Position numbers and translations under genes: made by a program
Notes under the pieces: model-generated
What the model saw: only the letters and a program-made list of their open reading frames with translations
Database searches by the model: none
Told to the model about the DNA's origin: nothing
Assembly (NCBI GenBank): GCA_041658745.1
Contig: JBAZZP010000002.1
Coordinates: forward strand, 76,833-140,832
Length of the DNA stretch: 64,000 nucleotides
Source: Candidatus Margulisiibacteriota bacterium
GTDB lineage: Bacteria; Margulisbacteria; WOR-1; O2-12-FULL-45-9
Reading direction: 5' to 3'
Shown here: piece by piece, positions 29,133 to 38,598 of the stretch
Position numbering within the stretch: the stretch's first letter is position 1
Layout of the letters: each line of letters opens with the position of its first letter

Positions 29133-30077
29133 TTAATCAAACAATGAACTAATTGATTTGTTTTCAAAGTTGCGGCGGATGGCTTCTCCTAAGATTTCAG
29201 CGGAGGATAAAACCGTTAAGCCCTTAAATCGTTTTTCGGCTGGGATTGGCACCGAATCCGAAAAAATGGCTTCCTTAAAACCGACTTTCGCCATGCGCTC
29301 TACTGCTGGACCGGACAAAATACCATGTGTGGCTACAACATAAATCTCATCCCGACAGCCAGCTTCCCGTAGTGCGCAAACGCCGGTGGTAATTGTTCCA
29401 GCTGTATCTATCATATCGTCAGTTATAATGACCGATTTTCCCTTCACATCCCCTACTACGTGAGTGACGGATGATTGATGATGCTCGGCTCGTACTTTGT
29501 GTAATATGGCTAATTGAGCCCCAATCCGATCGGCTAATTTTTTGGCAACTTTGGCACGACCAGTATCAGGAGCAACTACCACAACATCTTTTAGATCCTT
29601 TTGTTTTAGATATGTGGTAAAGAGCGGCAAGGCAGTTAAAGTATCCACTGGAATATTAAAGAATCCTTGAATTTGGTCAGAATGCAGATCCATGGTAATT
29701 ATCCGATCTGCTCCAGCACTTTCCAGTAAATTGGCAACTAAACGAGCGGAAATTGGTTCACGGGAAGCAGCTTTTCGATCCTGCCGGGCGTATCCAAAAT
29801 GAGGCATAACGGCGGTGATTGATTTGGCCGATGCCCGCTTCATGGCATCAATGATAATAAAAAGCTCCATCAGGTCTTCATTTACTTTTTCACTGCAGGT
29901 TTGGATGATAACACACCCGTGACCGCGGACATTATCCAGCAAACGGGCGTAAATCTCTCCGCCGGCAAAACGGGAAATCTTTATCTTGCCAGGTTCAACT
30001 CCCAGGTACTTGGTAATCTTTTCGCCTAATTCGGGACAGGATGATCCGGAAAAAATCTTTAATTCAGAATTTGCCAT
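29133..30077 (-). CDS. prs: Ribose-phosphate pyrophosphokinase
   Basis: N-terminal KIFSGSS, PRPP-binding loop, 314 aa, typical Prs. Confidence 0.9.
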   Translation of the reverse strand: MANSELKIFSGSSCPELGEKITKYLGVEPGKIKISRFAGGEIYARLLDNVRGHGCVIIQTCSEKVNEDLMELFIIIDAMKRASAKSITAVMPHFGYARQDRKAASREPISARLVANLLESAGADRIITMDLHSDQIQGFFNIPVDTLTALPLFTTYLKQKDLKDVVVVAPDTGRAKVAKKLADRIGAQLAILHKVRAEHHQSSVTHVVGDVKGKSVIITDDMIDTAGTITTGVCALREAGCRDEIYVVATHGILSGPAVERMAKVGFKEAIFSDSVPIPAEKRFKGLTVLSSAEILGEAIRRNFENKSISSLFD

Positions 30078-30101
30078 TATACTGTTACGACTCCCTTCAA
30101 A

Positions 30102-31037
30102 TTATGATTTGGGTACAAAGCGTCTTCGAATAAGAAAAAATATTATCCACAAGACGAAAATACAAAGTAAAACTACTGGGACAAAAATAACCAGCCAAAT
30201 AAGAAAAGACAGAAAAGATGAAAATAAATTTGCAAGCGCGGTTAAGGCATCCCGCAAAGCGCTTTGCATAGCGTCAACAAAAGAAGTGGATGATTCTGGT
30301 ACTGCTGTTTGAATTTGGTTGATTGATAAGCTGATCGTAGAATAGCTGATTTTATTCTTTAAAACCCTAAAAGAGCCTTCAATGATTTCAGCCTGTGTCC
30401 TAACCCTCGATAATTCTCTTTCCACTTCTAAAATATCGCTTACTTTGCCGGTGCGCTTAAATAATTCGCGCAGGGCATTTTCCTGGATGCGTAAATTTTT
30501 AAGACGGGTATTCAGATCCATGTATTCTTCGGTAACATCTTGGGCATTGATATTTTCGGATTTTACTTTTCCTAAAGCTTCCAGCTTTAATACTAGGCCA
30601 TCAAAGTTTTTAGCGGGAACCTTTAGTGTGGCATTGCCGTAAATATTGTAATCGTTTGGGCTACTAATGCTGGCATAGGTAACATATCCGTGAGCCTTTT
30701 CTACTGTTTGCTTGGCTTTTTGCATAGCTTCTTTGACCGATTTTACGTCAAGGGTCAAACTAGCTGTTTTTATTATCTTGGTGGTCTCAGCCCGATTAGC
30801 CGTTTGTTCATCTTTATTTGATGTCCCTTCTGCATTAACGGGAGAAGGAGCTGGTGCAGCGCGAGAAGGGATAGCAACATATTTATCAGCTTTTTCCTCA
30901 TTCACACTGCCCAATTTAAACATAGAGTTTCCACCCGATGAAGAACGTTTGGTAACAAGCAAGATTAATAAGGCTGAAATGACAATGGCAATAATAACTA
31001 TCCAAACAATCGATTTTCGATCAATTTTATTATTCAT
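30102..31037 (-). CDS. DUF4349-like membrane-anchored coiled-coil protein
   Basis: N-terminal TM, a long charged coiled-coil middle and C-terminal TM helices. Confidence 0.35.
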   Translation of the reverse strand: MNNKIDRKSIVWIVIIAIVISALLILLVTKRSSSGGNSMFKLGSVNEEKADKYVAIPSRAAPAPSPVNAEGTSNKDEQTANRAETTKIIKTASLTLDVKSVKEAMQKAKQTVEKAHGYVTYASISSPNDYNIYGNATLKVPAKNFDGLVLKLEALGKVKSENINAQDVTEEYMDLNTRLKNLRIQENALRELFKRTGKVSDILEVERELSRVRTQAEIIEGSFRVLKNKISYSTISLSINQIQTAVPESSTSFVDAMQSALRDALTALANLFSSFLSFLIWLVIFVPVVLLCIFVLWIIFFLIRRRFVPKS

Positions 31038-31063
31038 TGTATTCTCCCTTTCTAAAAATAATA

Positions 31064-32149
31064 TTACTGCAGCCCAAGTAATTTTTCTAGTTTATCGCGA
31101 TTGATTGCATAAGTTAAGGCTTGTTCTTTGCTAATTGAACCTTTGTTAACCAGTTCTTTGAGTGACTCTTCCATTGAGATCATTCCTTGTTGTTTACCCA
31201 ATTCAACCATGGAATATAAATCCTGGGTTGCTCCTTTGCGAATAATATTGCGAATAGCGGGAGTGTTGACTACCACTTCAGCTGCCAGAGCTAAGCCTTT
31301 TCCCTCTTTTCTGGGAATTAGCTGTTGAGCAACTATTCCTTGCAAGGTTAACGATAGCTGAGTCCGTACTTGATTTTGCTGGTGCGGCGGAAAAACATCA
31401 ATAATTCGGTCGACTGCCTGCACAGCATCGGGTGTATGCAAAGTAGTAATCACTAAATGGCCGGTTTCGGCAGCAGTTATCGCCATTTGGATAGATTCCA
31501 AATCACGGATTTCGCCAACCAGGATAACATCGGGAATTTGGCGTAATACCCGTTTTAAGCCTTCACCAAAAGAAAGAGTATCAATTCCCACTTCCCTTTG
31601 CTCAATTATTGCTTGCTTTGGAGTATGCATGTACTCAATAGGGTCTTCAATGGTTATAATGTGACAAGCTCGCGATGCATTGATCAGATCAATCATAGAG
31701 GCTTGGGTGGTAGATTTTCCGCTACCAGTTGGTCCAGTAATTAACACCAATCCCCGTTCAAAATTGGTAAAGGATTTTACAATGGGAGGTAAACCTAATT
31801 CTTCGAGTGTAGGAATATTCCTTTGCACCAAACGCATCGTTGCTGCAATACTACCGCGCTGGAAATGAAGATTGATACGATATCGAGCCATATCATCTTC
31901 ATATGAAACATCTAGCTCTAGTACCTTTTTAAACTCGGCCATGCTTTCTTTGCTGATAATGGGGATTAATAAAGCTTCAATTTGTTCGGGACTTAATGGG
32001 CTGCCTATCTTGACCAGCGAATTTCCAACCCTAAGGCAAGCTGGACTACCAGCAACCAATAAGAGATCAGAACCAAGCGCTTTGTTGAGTTCCTTAAGAT
32101 ATGAGCTTATGTCCATTAATGAATCAACTTTCCTTTCACATCGTGCCAA
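31064..32149 (-). CDS. pilT: Type IV pilus retraction ATPase PilT
   Basis: Walker A GPTGSGKSTT, Asp and His boxes, and the conserved PilT C-terminal region. 361 aa. Confidence 0.8.
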   Translation of the reverse strand: MARCERKVDSLMDISSYLKELNKALGSDLLLVAGSPACLRVGNSLVKIGSPLSPEQIEALLIPIISKESMAEFKKVLELDVSYEDDMARYRINLHFQRGSIAATMRLVQRNIPTLEELGLPPIVKSFTNFERGLVLITGPTGSGKSTTQASMIDLINASRACHIITIEDPIEYMHTPKQAIIEQREVGIDTLSFGEGLKRVLRQIPDVILVGEIRDLESIQMAITAAETGHLVITTLHTPDAVQAVDRIIDVFPPHQQNQVRTQLSLTLQGIVAQQLIPRKEGKGLALAAEVVVNTPAIRNIIRKGATQDLYSMVELGKQQGMISMEESLKELVNKGSISKEQALTYAINRDKLEKLLGLQ

Positions 32150-33243
32150 TCCTGCCGTCGTTTATCTAAATCCCTGGATTGTTTTGACATATCTGCTAGC
32201 CAGGTCGGTGTTACAATATGGGGAGTAATAATTACCATCAGTTCGCGCTTTTCCGATAAAAGTGACGTACGTTTGAATAAATTACCAATAAAGGGAATGG
32301 CAGATAAAATTGGAACCCCAGTTTCCACCTCATTAACATAATTTTTACTTAAACCGCCAATTACAATTGATTGGCCGTCTTTAACTAAAACTTTGTTCTT
32401 TGTTTCGGTTGTATTTTCTTGCGGTAAGGTATTAACAATCTGACCATCGCTCACCGAAGGATGAATATCCATGACAATAAAACCATCGTCATTAATGTGT
32501 GGCGTAAAACTTAGCTTAGTTCCGACCTCCAAGAAAGCAATATTTTGTGTAGTTCCCGTAGTAGAGGTAAAGAAAGTAGAATAACCATATTTTGAACCAA
32601 TTAGAATTTCGGCCGTTTCATGGTTTAGCGCTGTTATCCAAGGAGAAGCTACCAGATCATAACTGGTAGCTTTTTCCAGTGCATTAATGTACATTTGGGT
32701 ATCTCCCACTGTTAACTGGCCATATAATCCAAGGATGGAAGTAACAGCTGTGGAAGAAACATCGGTAAGGTTTTGGATGAAGTTATTAGCGCTTTTGGTG
32801 TACTTCAAATTAACACCCAAGGTTGAGGCCTGATTTGAATCGCCACTCCCGGTTTTCAATTCAATGATTTTTGCTTCAACTTGCACCTGCAGAGGGGCCG
32901 TGTCCATTTTATCTAGCATTTTTCCGATGCGGGCAAGATTGCGTTCAGAAGCCCTAATCACAATGGTATTTAATTTTTCATTAACCGAGATCCCTTCTCC
33001 TGCCCCTAAAATACCGGTAAAAGAATCGGCAATCGCCTTGACTTGGGCATATTTCATGCGATAAGCCTGAACTGGCAAATTAGTGGAGGGAGAGGTTGTG
33101 CTAGCTCCCACAGCACTGGAAGCGTTTGTATCCGCCGTTTGCAGAAAAAGCGCGCTGCCAACCCCCTGTCCTAGGATAACAAAGACACAGAGACTTAGTA
33201 GCAATCCCCTCTTTTTCATCATTACCATTATTTCCTCCCTCAT
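32116..33243 (-). CDS. pilQ: Type IV pilus secretin (short PilQ-like)
   Basis: Signal peptide. The C-terminal secretin domain (VIGGLSKNYVNEVETGVPILSAIPFIGNLFKRT...ITPHIV) is present. Only about 375 aa, so there are few N-domains. Confidence 0.7.
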   Translation of the reverse strand: MREEIMVMMKKRGLLLSLCVFVILGQGVGSALFLQTADTNASSAVGASTTSPSTNLPVQAYRMKYAQVKAIADSFTGILGAGEGISVNEKLNTIVIRASERNLARIGKMLDKMDTAPLQVQVEAKIIELKTGSGDSNQASTLGVNLKYTKSANNFIQNLTDVSSTAVTSILGLYGQLTVGDTQMYINALEKATSYDLVASPWITALNHETAEILIGSKYGYSTFFTSTTGTTQNIAFLEVGTKLSFTPHINDDGFIVMDIHPSVSDGQIVNTLPQENTTETKNKVLVKDGQSIVIGGLSKNYVNEVETGVPILSAIPFIGNLFKRTSLLSEKRELMVIITPHIVTPTWLADMSKQSRDLDKRRQDWHDVKGKLIH

Positions 33244-33734
33244 TAATGTTGATAAACTGTTAGCATCTTCATGCGAATGTTTAATTTGGTGTTTTCTTGC
33301 ACCAGACTAACACTATCAATAATTAGCACTGTTTTTATTCTTGATAACGAATTAACAAAGCCAATAAATTGATGTGGCGACGCAATGAAATTTATATCGA
33401 ACGCCAGTTTATCATTTTGGGGAACCTGGCGCAACTCGATTAATTGGATACCAAACCAGCGGAATTTTTTCTCTAGGAACTTCATCACAAAATTGGTTTG
33501 CTCGTCTTTTGGATAGATGCGCAGTTCGTCTTTCTTTACCAGCAATTCTCTGTTTATTGTTTTTGCCATCTCCAGGTTGCTGATTTGCAGTTTTGTGTTG
33601 ATTATCTCTAATTGTGCTTGATTAATACCATTTAATAACGGATTTAAATACAGTTGCCAATAAAACAAAAAGACAATGGCCAGAGCCGTAATAAAAAGCA
33701 AAACCCATTCCCTCTTAGACAGTTTAATCTTCAT
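33243..33734 (-). CDS. PilO-like pilus assembly protein
   Basis: 163 aa with an N-terminal TM and coiled-coil. Position is between the pilMN and secretin genes. Confidence 0.4.
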   Translation of the reverse strand: MKIKLSKREWVLLFITALAIVFLFYWQLYLNPLLNGINQAQLEIINTKLQISNLEMAKTINRELLVKKDELRIYPKDEQTNFVMKFLEKKFRWFGIQLIELRQVPQNDKLAFDINFIASPHQFIGFVNSLSRIKTVLIIDSVSLVQENTKLNIRMKMLTVYQH

Positions 33735-33735
33735 T

Positions 33736-35340
33736 TTATTTTTTCTCTGCCTCTAAGCTAGCGATATTTCTTAATGTACAGCGCAGCTCAAAATTATAAG
33801 CGGGAGAGGTATATTTTTCAGACTCCTGCATATAAACCAAACTGAGATTGTCTATATAGCGGCTACGTTCCAATTTTTTTACTAGATCGGGCATGCTGGT
33901 TTTACCGCCTTGTTTTAAAACAACCCCGGATATCATTAGTGAACTATCATCGTTTTTGTAAGTAATATTGGCCAATGAAACATCTGAGGGAACAATTTTT
34001 TCTAATTCCCATATAATCAAGGGAAAGCGATCCTGACGATTATATTTTGATAAATCAAAAGTTAAAATGGACTGCGATTTGCGGTTTATTTCGTCAATTT
34101 TCTGCTGATACTGAGATTTTACTAGTGACACCTGAGAATCACAACCAATTTTTTGGAAATAAAACCATCCAAATACAGCGAACAATACAACCAAATAAAA
34201 AATACAGAAAAAGATATAGCCACGCCATCTATCTAAAAAGTTCTTTATGGGAGCTAAAACTGGCGCAAAAGAAAATTGGACTTCATTTTTTGGAACCAAA
34301 TTAATGTCTTCTCTGGTTGCTAGGGCCGCGCCGATAGCTAGTGTTAAATAATGCAAATTAGCTTGGGAATCTTTGTCGCTAGTTATCACATTGACGGGTA
34401 AAAGTTCAATCTCGACGCCAAGTTGTTGTCTAAAATAATCAACCAGGTTATGAGTCTTAGCCACTCCGCCACTCAGATAGATTTTTTTGAATTCGGTAAC
34501 GTCACCAACTTCATCTTTATAAAAAGCAAAGGTGTTTGCTATTTCCAATGAAAACTTTTCAAGCGCCGGACGCATCATCGCCAGGATTTCGATTGCTGGC
34601 AGGCCCGATTCAGCAGTAAACTTTTCGAGATCAACTGGCACCCCAAATTTGTTTTTTATTTCCTCGGCCTTGGCGTAGTCTACTTCAAGGCGTCCTTGAT
34701 CGATAACCACTACCCCTACCATAGCTTGGGTAATATCTTCGCCGCCCAATTTTACTTCACGGGCAAAAACCAATTGTCCACTCTTTACCAAAATAATGAT
34801 GCTGGTATATTTGCCAATATAGATGATGGCTGATGGCGGTTTGCCCGCCAGATTAATGGTATTTTCAAGAGCAGAAGAAGGGGCAAGAATAACCTTTAGG
34901 TTTAGGCCAGCGGCTTTTGACAATTTATCAATTGCCAGCATGTTTTCTTTGGGAACTGCGGCTACAAAATACAACATTTTGCCATCATGGGCGGGAGTTT
35001 GGATGCGATAATAATCCAAAATAAAATCTTTAAAGGAAATCGGCAATAAAGATTTCAATTTGAATGAAAGGGCGGATCTTAATTCCTTATCGGGCAAAAG
35101 AGGCATTTCAACCAGTTTATAGATTATATCAGCGGCCGAGATGACAAAATTGGCATCACGGGTTTTAATTTTGGATTTTTTAAGTGCGGCAAGTAATGCT
35201 TTGGCCTGCGACTCATAATTATCAACGATTTGGAAATAATCAATGAAAGAGCTAACTACTTCAACGTTTTTAGGCAGGATAGATACTTCAACTAATTTGA
35301 TGGCACCGGGGGCAATGTGTATTCCTAATTTTCTATTCAT
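33736..35340 (-). CDS. pilMN: PilM-PilN fusion protein (type IV pilus inner-membrane alignment complex)
   Basis: N-terminal actin-like PilM ATPase-fold region. A TM helix near residue 370 (IFFCIFYLVVLFAVFGWFYF) is followed by a PilN-like periplasmic domain. Confidence 0.6.
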   Translation of the reverse strand: MNRKLGIHIAPGAIKLVEVSILPKNVEVVSSFIDYFQIVDNYESQAKALLAALKKSKIKTRDANFVISAADIIYKLVEMPLLPDKELRSALSFKLKSLLPISFKDFILDYYRIQTPAHDGKMLYFVAAVPKENMLAIDKLSKAAGLNLKVILAPSSALENTINLAGKPPSAIIYIGKYTSIIILVKSGQLVFAREVKLGGEDITQAMVGVVVIDQGRLEVDYAKAEEIKNKFGVPVDLEKFTAESGLPAIEILAMMRPALEKFSLEIANTFAFYKDEVGDVTEFKKIYLSGGVAKTHNLVDYFRQQLGVEIELLPVNVITSDKDSQANLHYLTLAIGAALATREDINLVPKNEVQFSFAPVLAPIKNFLDRWRGYIFFCIFYLVVLFAVFGWFYFQKIGCDSQVSLVKSQYQQKIDEINRKSQSILTFDLSKYNRQDRFPLIIWELEKIVPSDVSLANITYKNDDSSLMISGVVLKQGGKTSMPDLVKKLERSRYIDNLSLVYMQESEKYTSPAYNFELRCTLRNIASLEAEKK

Positions 35341-35382
35341 ACATCTTTTCGAATCTTACAATATAAATTTTGGTTATGCAAG

Positions 35383-36615
35383 CTAAAATACTTCCTGCCA
35401 AGTTGTTTGGAGGGGGCCAGAAGTTGTTTCTCCGCTAATCCCGGGTATATCACTAATATCAACTACATCTTCGTTATAGTTAACAATAGAATTACTTCCG
35501 ACAATATCCAATAAATTAGCAACAATTACCCCCGTTACTATTGCATTATTGCCAAGACTAACTGAACCACCCGAAAAAACCAAGCCACTGATATTACAAT
35601 TATTGTTCAACTCAATATCACCGGGAGATAAGAATGTCGTACCAGCCCCAGCAGAAACCGTACCAATCTCGGCATTATTACCGACTGCAATACTTGCGGC
35701 AGAATACCAAATGCCAGAATTGCCAATATCAATATTATTGTTAATGGTCACTGCCCCGCCGGCAATTAATGTAAAATTATTACCGATAACAATATTGTTG
35801 TTCGAAGTAACCGTTCCCGTCACAACTAAAGTAGCTGAATCAATAACAATAAGCTGGGCATTGTTACTGATGGTAAGATTACCATTGATATAACGTGTTC
35901 CAGTTATAGTATTTGTCCCACTATAAGTAACACTAGCTGCCGCAGTTGAGGAAGCAGTTAATATTTGGCCAGCATAATAAGTTGTAGTTAATGAAGGGGA
36001 TGTGGATGGGATGGCAACATGATCAGTCGTATCCCCATTTACAGTAACTCCGCTTCCTATCGAGATATCCCCAGTGGCATTTGCGTCTCCGCTAATAAGC
36101 ACATTATTTCTCAAACTCAAATCACCGTTAACAAAAACCGACCCATTAATTACAACATTATTTTGTAAATTCACAATCCCATCCCCGCCCCCAATGCCAT
36201 ATGAATAAATTGCATTGCCGCCAAAAGCTGCCCCACCCAGACCGCGAGTAACCACAACCCGATTGGCATGGCGATAAGTTTTTCCCTCTTTGGTTAAAAT
36301 TCCGGTGCTGGTTAGGGTTATGCTATTAGCAGCTTCCGCTGTTGAGCTGACCGTAAAAGTACCTTCAGCAAAACTCATACTGATCGGAAACCCCATGCTA
36401 ACCGTCCAATCGGTAAAGGAACTGACCTTTTTCAAAGCATAGTTTTTGCCGGCATCCGCGATGAAAAAAGCGCGTGTGTTAAAATATTCATCTACTGAGG
36501 TTTTGCTTTCAACTAAAAACATATACAGCAATGTTATGCCAATAATCGAAAAGACTAAAACAATAAAAATAACCGTCATTAGGGCAAAACCTTTGCGTTG
36601 TTTTAATAAGCTCAT
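35383..36615 (-). CDS. PilX-like minor pilin/tip protein with a beta-helical repeat domain
   Basis: N-terminus KGFALMTVIFIVLVFSIIGITLLYMFLVES is a PilX-type pseudopilin N-domain. It is followed by about 250 aa of N..I.G / V.NG..T beta-helix-like repeats. Confidence 0.45.
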   Translation of the reverse strand: MSLLKQRKGFALMTVIFIVLVFSIIGITLLYMFLVESKTSVDEYFNTRAFFIADAGKNYALKKVSSFTDWTVSMGFPISMSFAEGTFTVSSTAEAANSITLTSTGILTKEGKTYRHANRVVVTRGLGGAAFGGNAIYSYGIGGGDGIVNLQNNVVINGSVFVNGDLSLRNNVLISGDANATGDISIGSGVTVNGDTTDHVAIPSTSPSLTTTYYAGQILTASSTAAASVTYSGTNTITGTRYINGNLTISNNAQLIVIDSATLVVTGTVTSNNNIVIGNNFTLIAGGAVTINNNIDIGNSGIWYSAASIAVGNNAEIGTVSAGAGTTFLSPGDIELNNNCNISGLVFSGGSVSLGNNAIVTGVIVANLLDIVGSNSIVNYNEDVVDISDIPGISGETTSGPLQTTWQEVF

Positions 36616-36625
36616 AGATTCCTCC

Positions 36626-37117
36626 TTATCGATTCCTAATACTGGCCGCTGACTGCAATTTAACCAAATTGTCTGGATCCTGAACCTGTAAAGTTATTTT
36701 GATGGTTCGAATTGATTCGGCTGATGAGGTCACGGCTCCGCTCGAATTCAAATACTCAAATGAAACTCCCCCAGTCGGGGATAAGTTCTGTAATAAGGTT
36801 TGGCTATTGCGTAGCAAAATGGTTCCGCTCTGCTGATAATCAATCGATGTGCTATCCACATCATTAAATTGCAGGTGGTTCGAGGTAAAGACTAAAATAT
36901 CCGCAGAAGAAGCACTTTTTACTCTTCTTATTTCGGTTACCATCCTTTTTAGTACACTGCGGGATTCGGCCAAATAATTTTTCTGGTCACGGATAAAAAA
37001 CCAATTTCGCATTCCGCCTTGAATAATGGCCGAAAATGCCAGCGAAATGATGCCAGCGATCAGAATTGAAATCACTAATTCAACTAATGTAAATCCACTA
37101 CGCTTAATTTGATGCAT
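36626..37117 (-). CDS. Type IV minor pilin (prepilin N-terminal methylation domain)
   Basis: RSGFTLVELVISILIAGII class-III signal peptide. Confidence 0.6.
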   Translation of the reverse strand: MHQIKRSGFTLVELVISILIAGIISLAFSAIIQGGMRNWFFIRDQKNYLAESRSVLKRMVTEIRRVKSASSADILVFTSNHLQFNDVDSTSIDYQQSGTILLRNSQTLLQNLSPTGGVSFEYLNSSGAVTSSAESIRTIKITLQVQDPDNLVKLQSAASIRNR

Positions 37118-37550
37118 CGGTCACCATAGCTGATACTTCAATAGAAGTGAAAGATCCTGTGGTAATGATAAATACCTTAATTTTCTTATAACCAGTTTCG
37201 GTTGTTCCTGAAGAAGTATCTATTTCAGTTGACGAAACATTAGTTACCAGTACTTGGCTGCTGAAATTGCTAAATTGGCCTGTAAAGGCCGATAAAGCTT
37301 CTGAAGAAACGTTTAAGTATGCCTTATTACTAACCTGTTCAATCTTGGAGCTGGCTAGGTGTACGGCAATGCTCAAATTGTCCACTTGCGCATTGCGGCT
37401 AGTAGTATTGACAAAAATCATGATCACCGAATAGACGGCAATTGAGCCAATCACTATCGTCATCACCAGCTCAATTAAAGTAAATCCATCCCTCCCTTGC
37501 CCTTTACCCCGAGCAACGTCGAGGGGCTTGTCCTCCCTTGCCTTCTTCAT
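37104..37550 (-). CDS. Type IV minor pilin
   Basis: DGFTLIELVMTIVIGSIAV prepilin motif. Confidence 0.6.
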   Translation of the reverse strand: MKKAREDKPLDVARGKGQGRDGFTLIELVMTIVIGSIAVYSVIMIFVNTTSRNAQVDNLSIAVHLASSKIEQVSNKAYLNVSSEALSAFTGQFSNFSSQVLVTNVSSTEIDTSSGTTETGYKKIKVFIITTGSFTSIEVSAMVTDASN

Positions 37551-38065
37551 AGATGAATCCTCCCTGTGTCAGGTTCAATATAAATTATCCTTGATTCACT
37601 TCCTAAAGATAAAGTAATTATTCCAGCCGTCGTCAGGGCGCTGCCAGTTTTGTCATCATAAGGAGTGCCAAATGGATTAAATTCCACCTTGCTGCCGGTT
37701 CCAAAGCTAGCCCCAGTAATGCTTACTCCACGATAGTTACTATAAACATTAACGGTGTACACCAAATTTGAATCTAATGGGTCGGATAAATTGGTATCCG
37801 CTGTCCCATCCGTAGAATATACTGTGTAAGTATTGGTGGGGGAAACGTCAAATAATACTCCATGCCAGCTACCGGAAGATTGTGCCGAGTTTTTGGCGTA
37901 GCGAAGATCGGTAGCAATTCGTTCGGCTGCGGCATATAACTCATGAGTTTTATACGAGGAAATAACCACAAAAGATCCGACGGCAATAATAGATAAAATT
38001 ACCATCACCATGACCAGCTCTGTGAGGGTGAAACCGCGGCTGTGACGCATGGGAAAGTTTAACAT
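37547..38065 (-). CDS. Type IV minor pilin (FimT/GspH-like)
   Basis: SRGFTLTELVMVMVILSIIAV prepilin motif. Confidence 0.6.
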   Translation of the reverse strand: MLNFPMRHSRGFTLTELVMVMVILSIIAVGSFVVISSYKTHELYAAAERIATDLRYAKNSAQSSGSWHGVLFDVSPTNTYTVYSTDGTADTNLSDPLDSNLVYTVNVYSNYRGVSITGASFGTGSKVEFNPFGTPYDDKTGSALTTAGIITLSLGSESRIIYIEPDTGRIHL

Positions 38066-38085
38066 TTGCGGAGAAGGTGGTCAAC

Positions 38086-38119
38086 AAAAAAAGGCCCGAC
38101 AGTTTTGTCGGGCCTTTTT
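38086..38119 (-). terminator. Strong bidirectional rho-independent terminator after pilA
   Basis: A-run, then a 9-bp perfect stem GGCCCGACA / TGTCGGGCC with a 4-nt loop, then a T-run. Confidence 0.75.
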
Positions 38120-38137
38120 AAGAAATTAAAACAAAAA

Positions 38138-38509
38138 CTAGTTCAGTGATGTGCGAGCAGCATCGTTTGATTCAATGGTTCCTTGAGTAGCATAATACAC
38201 CCAACCACCAGCACCAGAATAAGCAGATACAACTGTATTTGCTGCCGGGCTTAGCGGATTGGTAGGAATTACACCTTCCTGGAACATAGCTGCTGTCAGA
38301 GCGGCTGGAACTGCAGGGGAAATGCTGTTAACTTCATTGGAAGCAATTTTGATCGCAATTGCTGCCCGGATAGTACCAGCTGATCCCTTAGCTGCAGACA
38401 CCCTGGCATTTTGGGACAAATTGACGTAAGCAGGAATCGCTACTGCGGCTAAAATACCGAGAATAACGATTACCATTACTAATTCGATTAAAGTAAAACC
38501 TTTTCTCAT
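38138..38509 (-). CDS. pilA: Type IV major pilin PilA
   Basis: MRKG/FTLIELVMVIVILGILAAVAIPAY, a class-III leader plus N-methyl-Phe N-domain. 123 aa mature length typical of a major pilin. Start moved to the ATG, which has a GGGGGTG RBS 9 nt upstream; the ORF track starts at the GTG at 38521. Has its own promoter and terminator. Confidence 0.75.
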   Translation of the reverse strand: MRKGFTLIELVMVIVILGILAAVAIPAYVNLSQNARVSAAKGSAGTIRAAIAIKIASNEVNSISPAVPAALTAAMFQEGVIPTNPLSPAANTVVSAYSGAGGWVYYATQGTIESNDAARTSLN

Positions 38510-38558
38510 TGTTAAATTCACCCCCTCTTTTTTTTATTTCAAGTTTTAAACTGTAGGT

Positions 38559-38586
38559 ATTATAACAACCTCTTGTAAACTGTCAA
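38559..38586 (-). promoter_or_regulatory. Near-consensus sigma-70 promoter for pilA
   Basis: On the minus strand, TTGACA, 16-nt spacer, TATAAT, about 45 nt upstream of the pilA ATG. Confidence 0.55.
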
Positions 38587-38598
38587 TCATTTTTTTCC

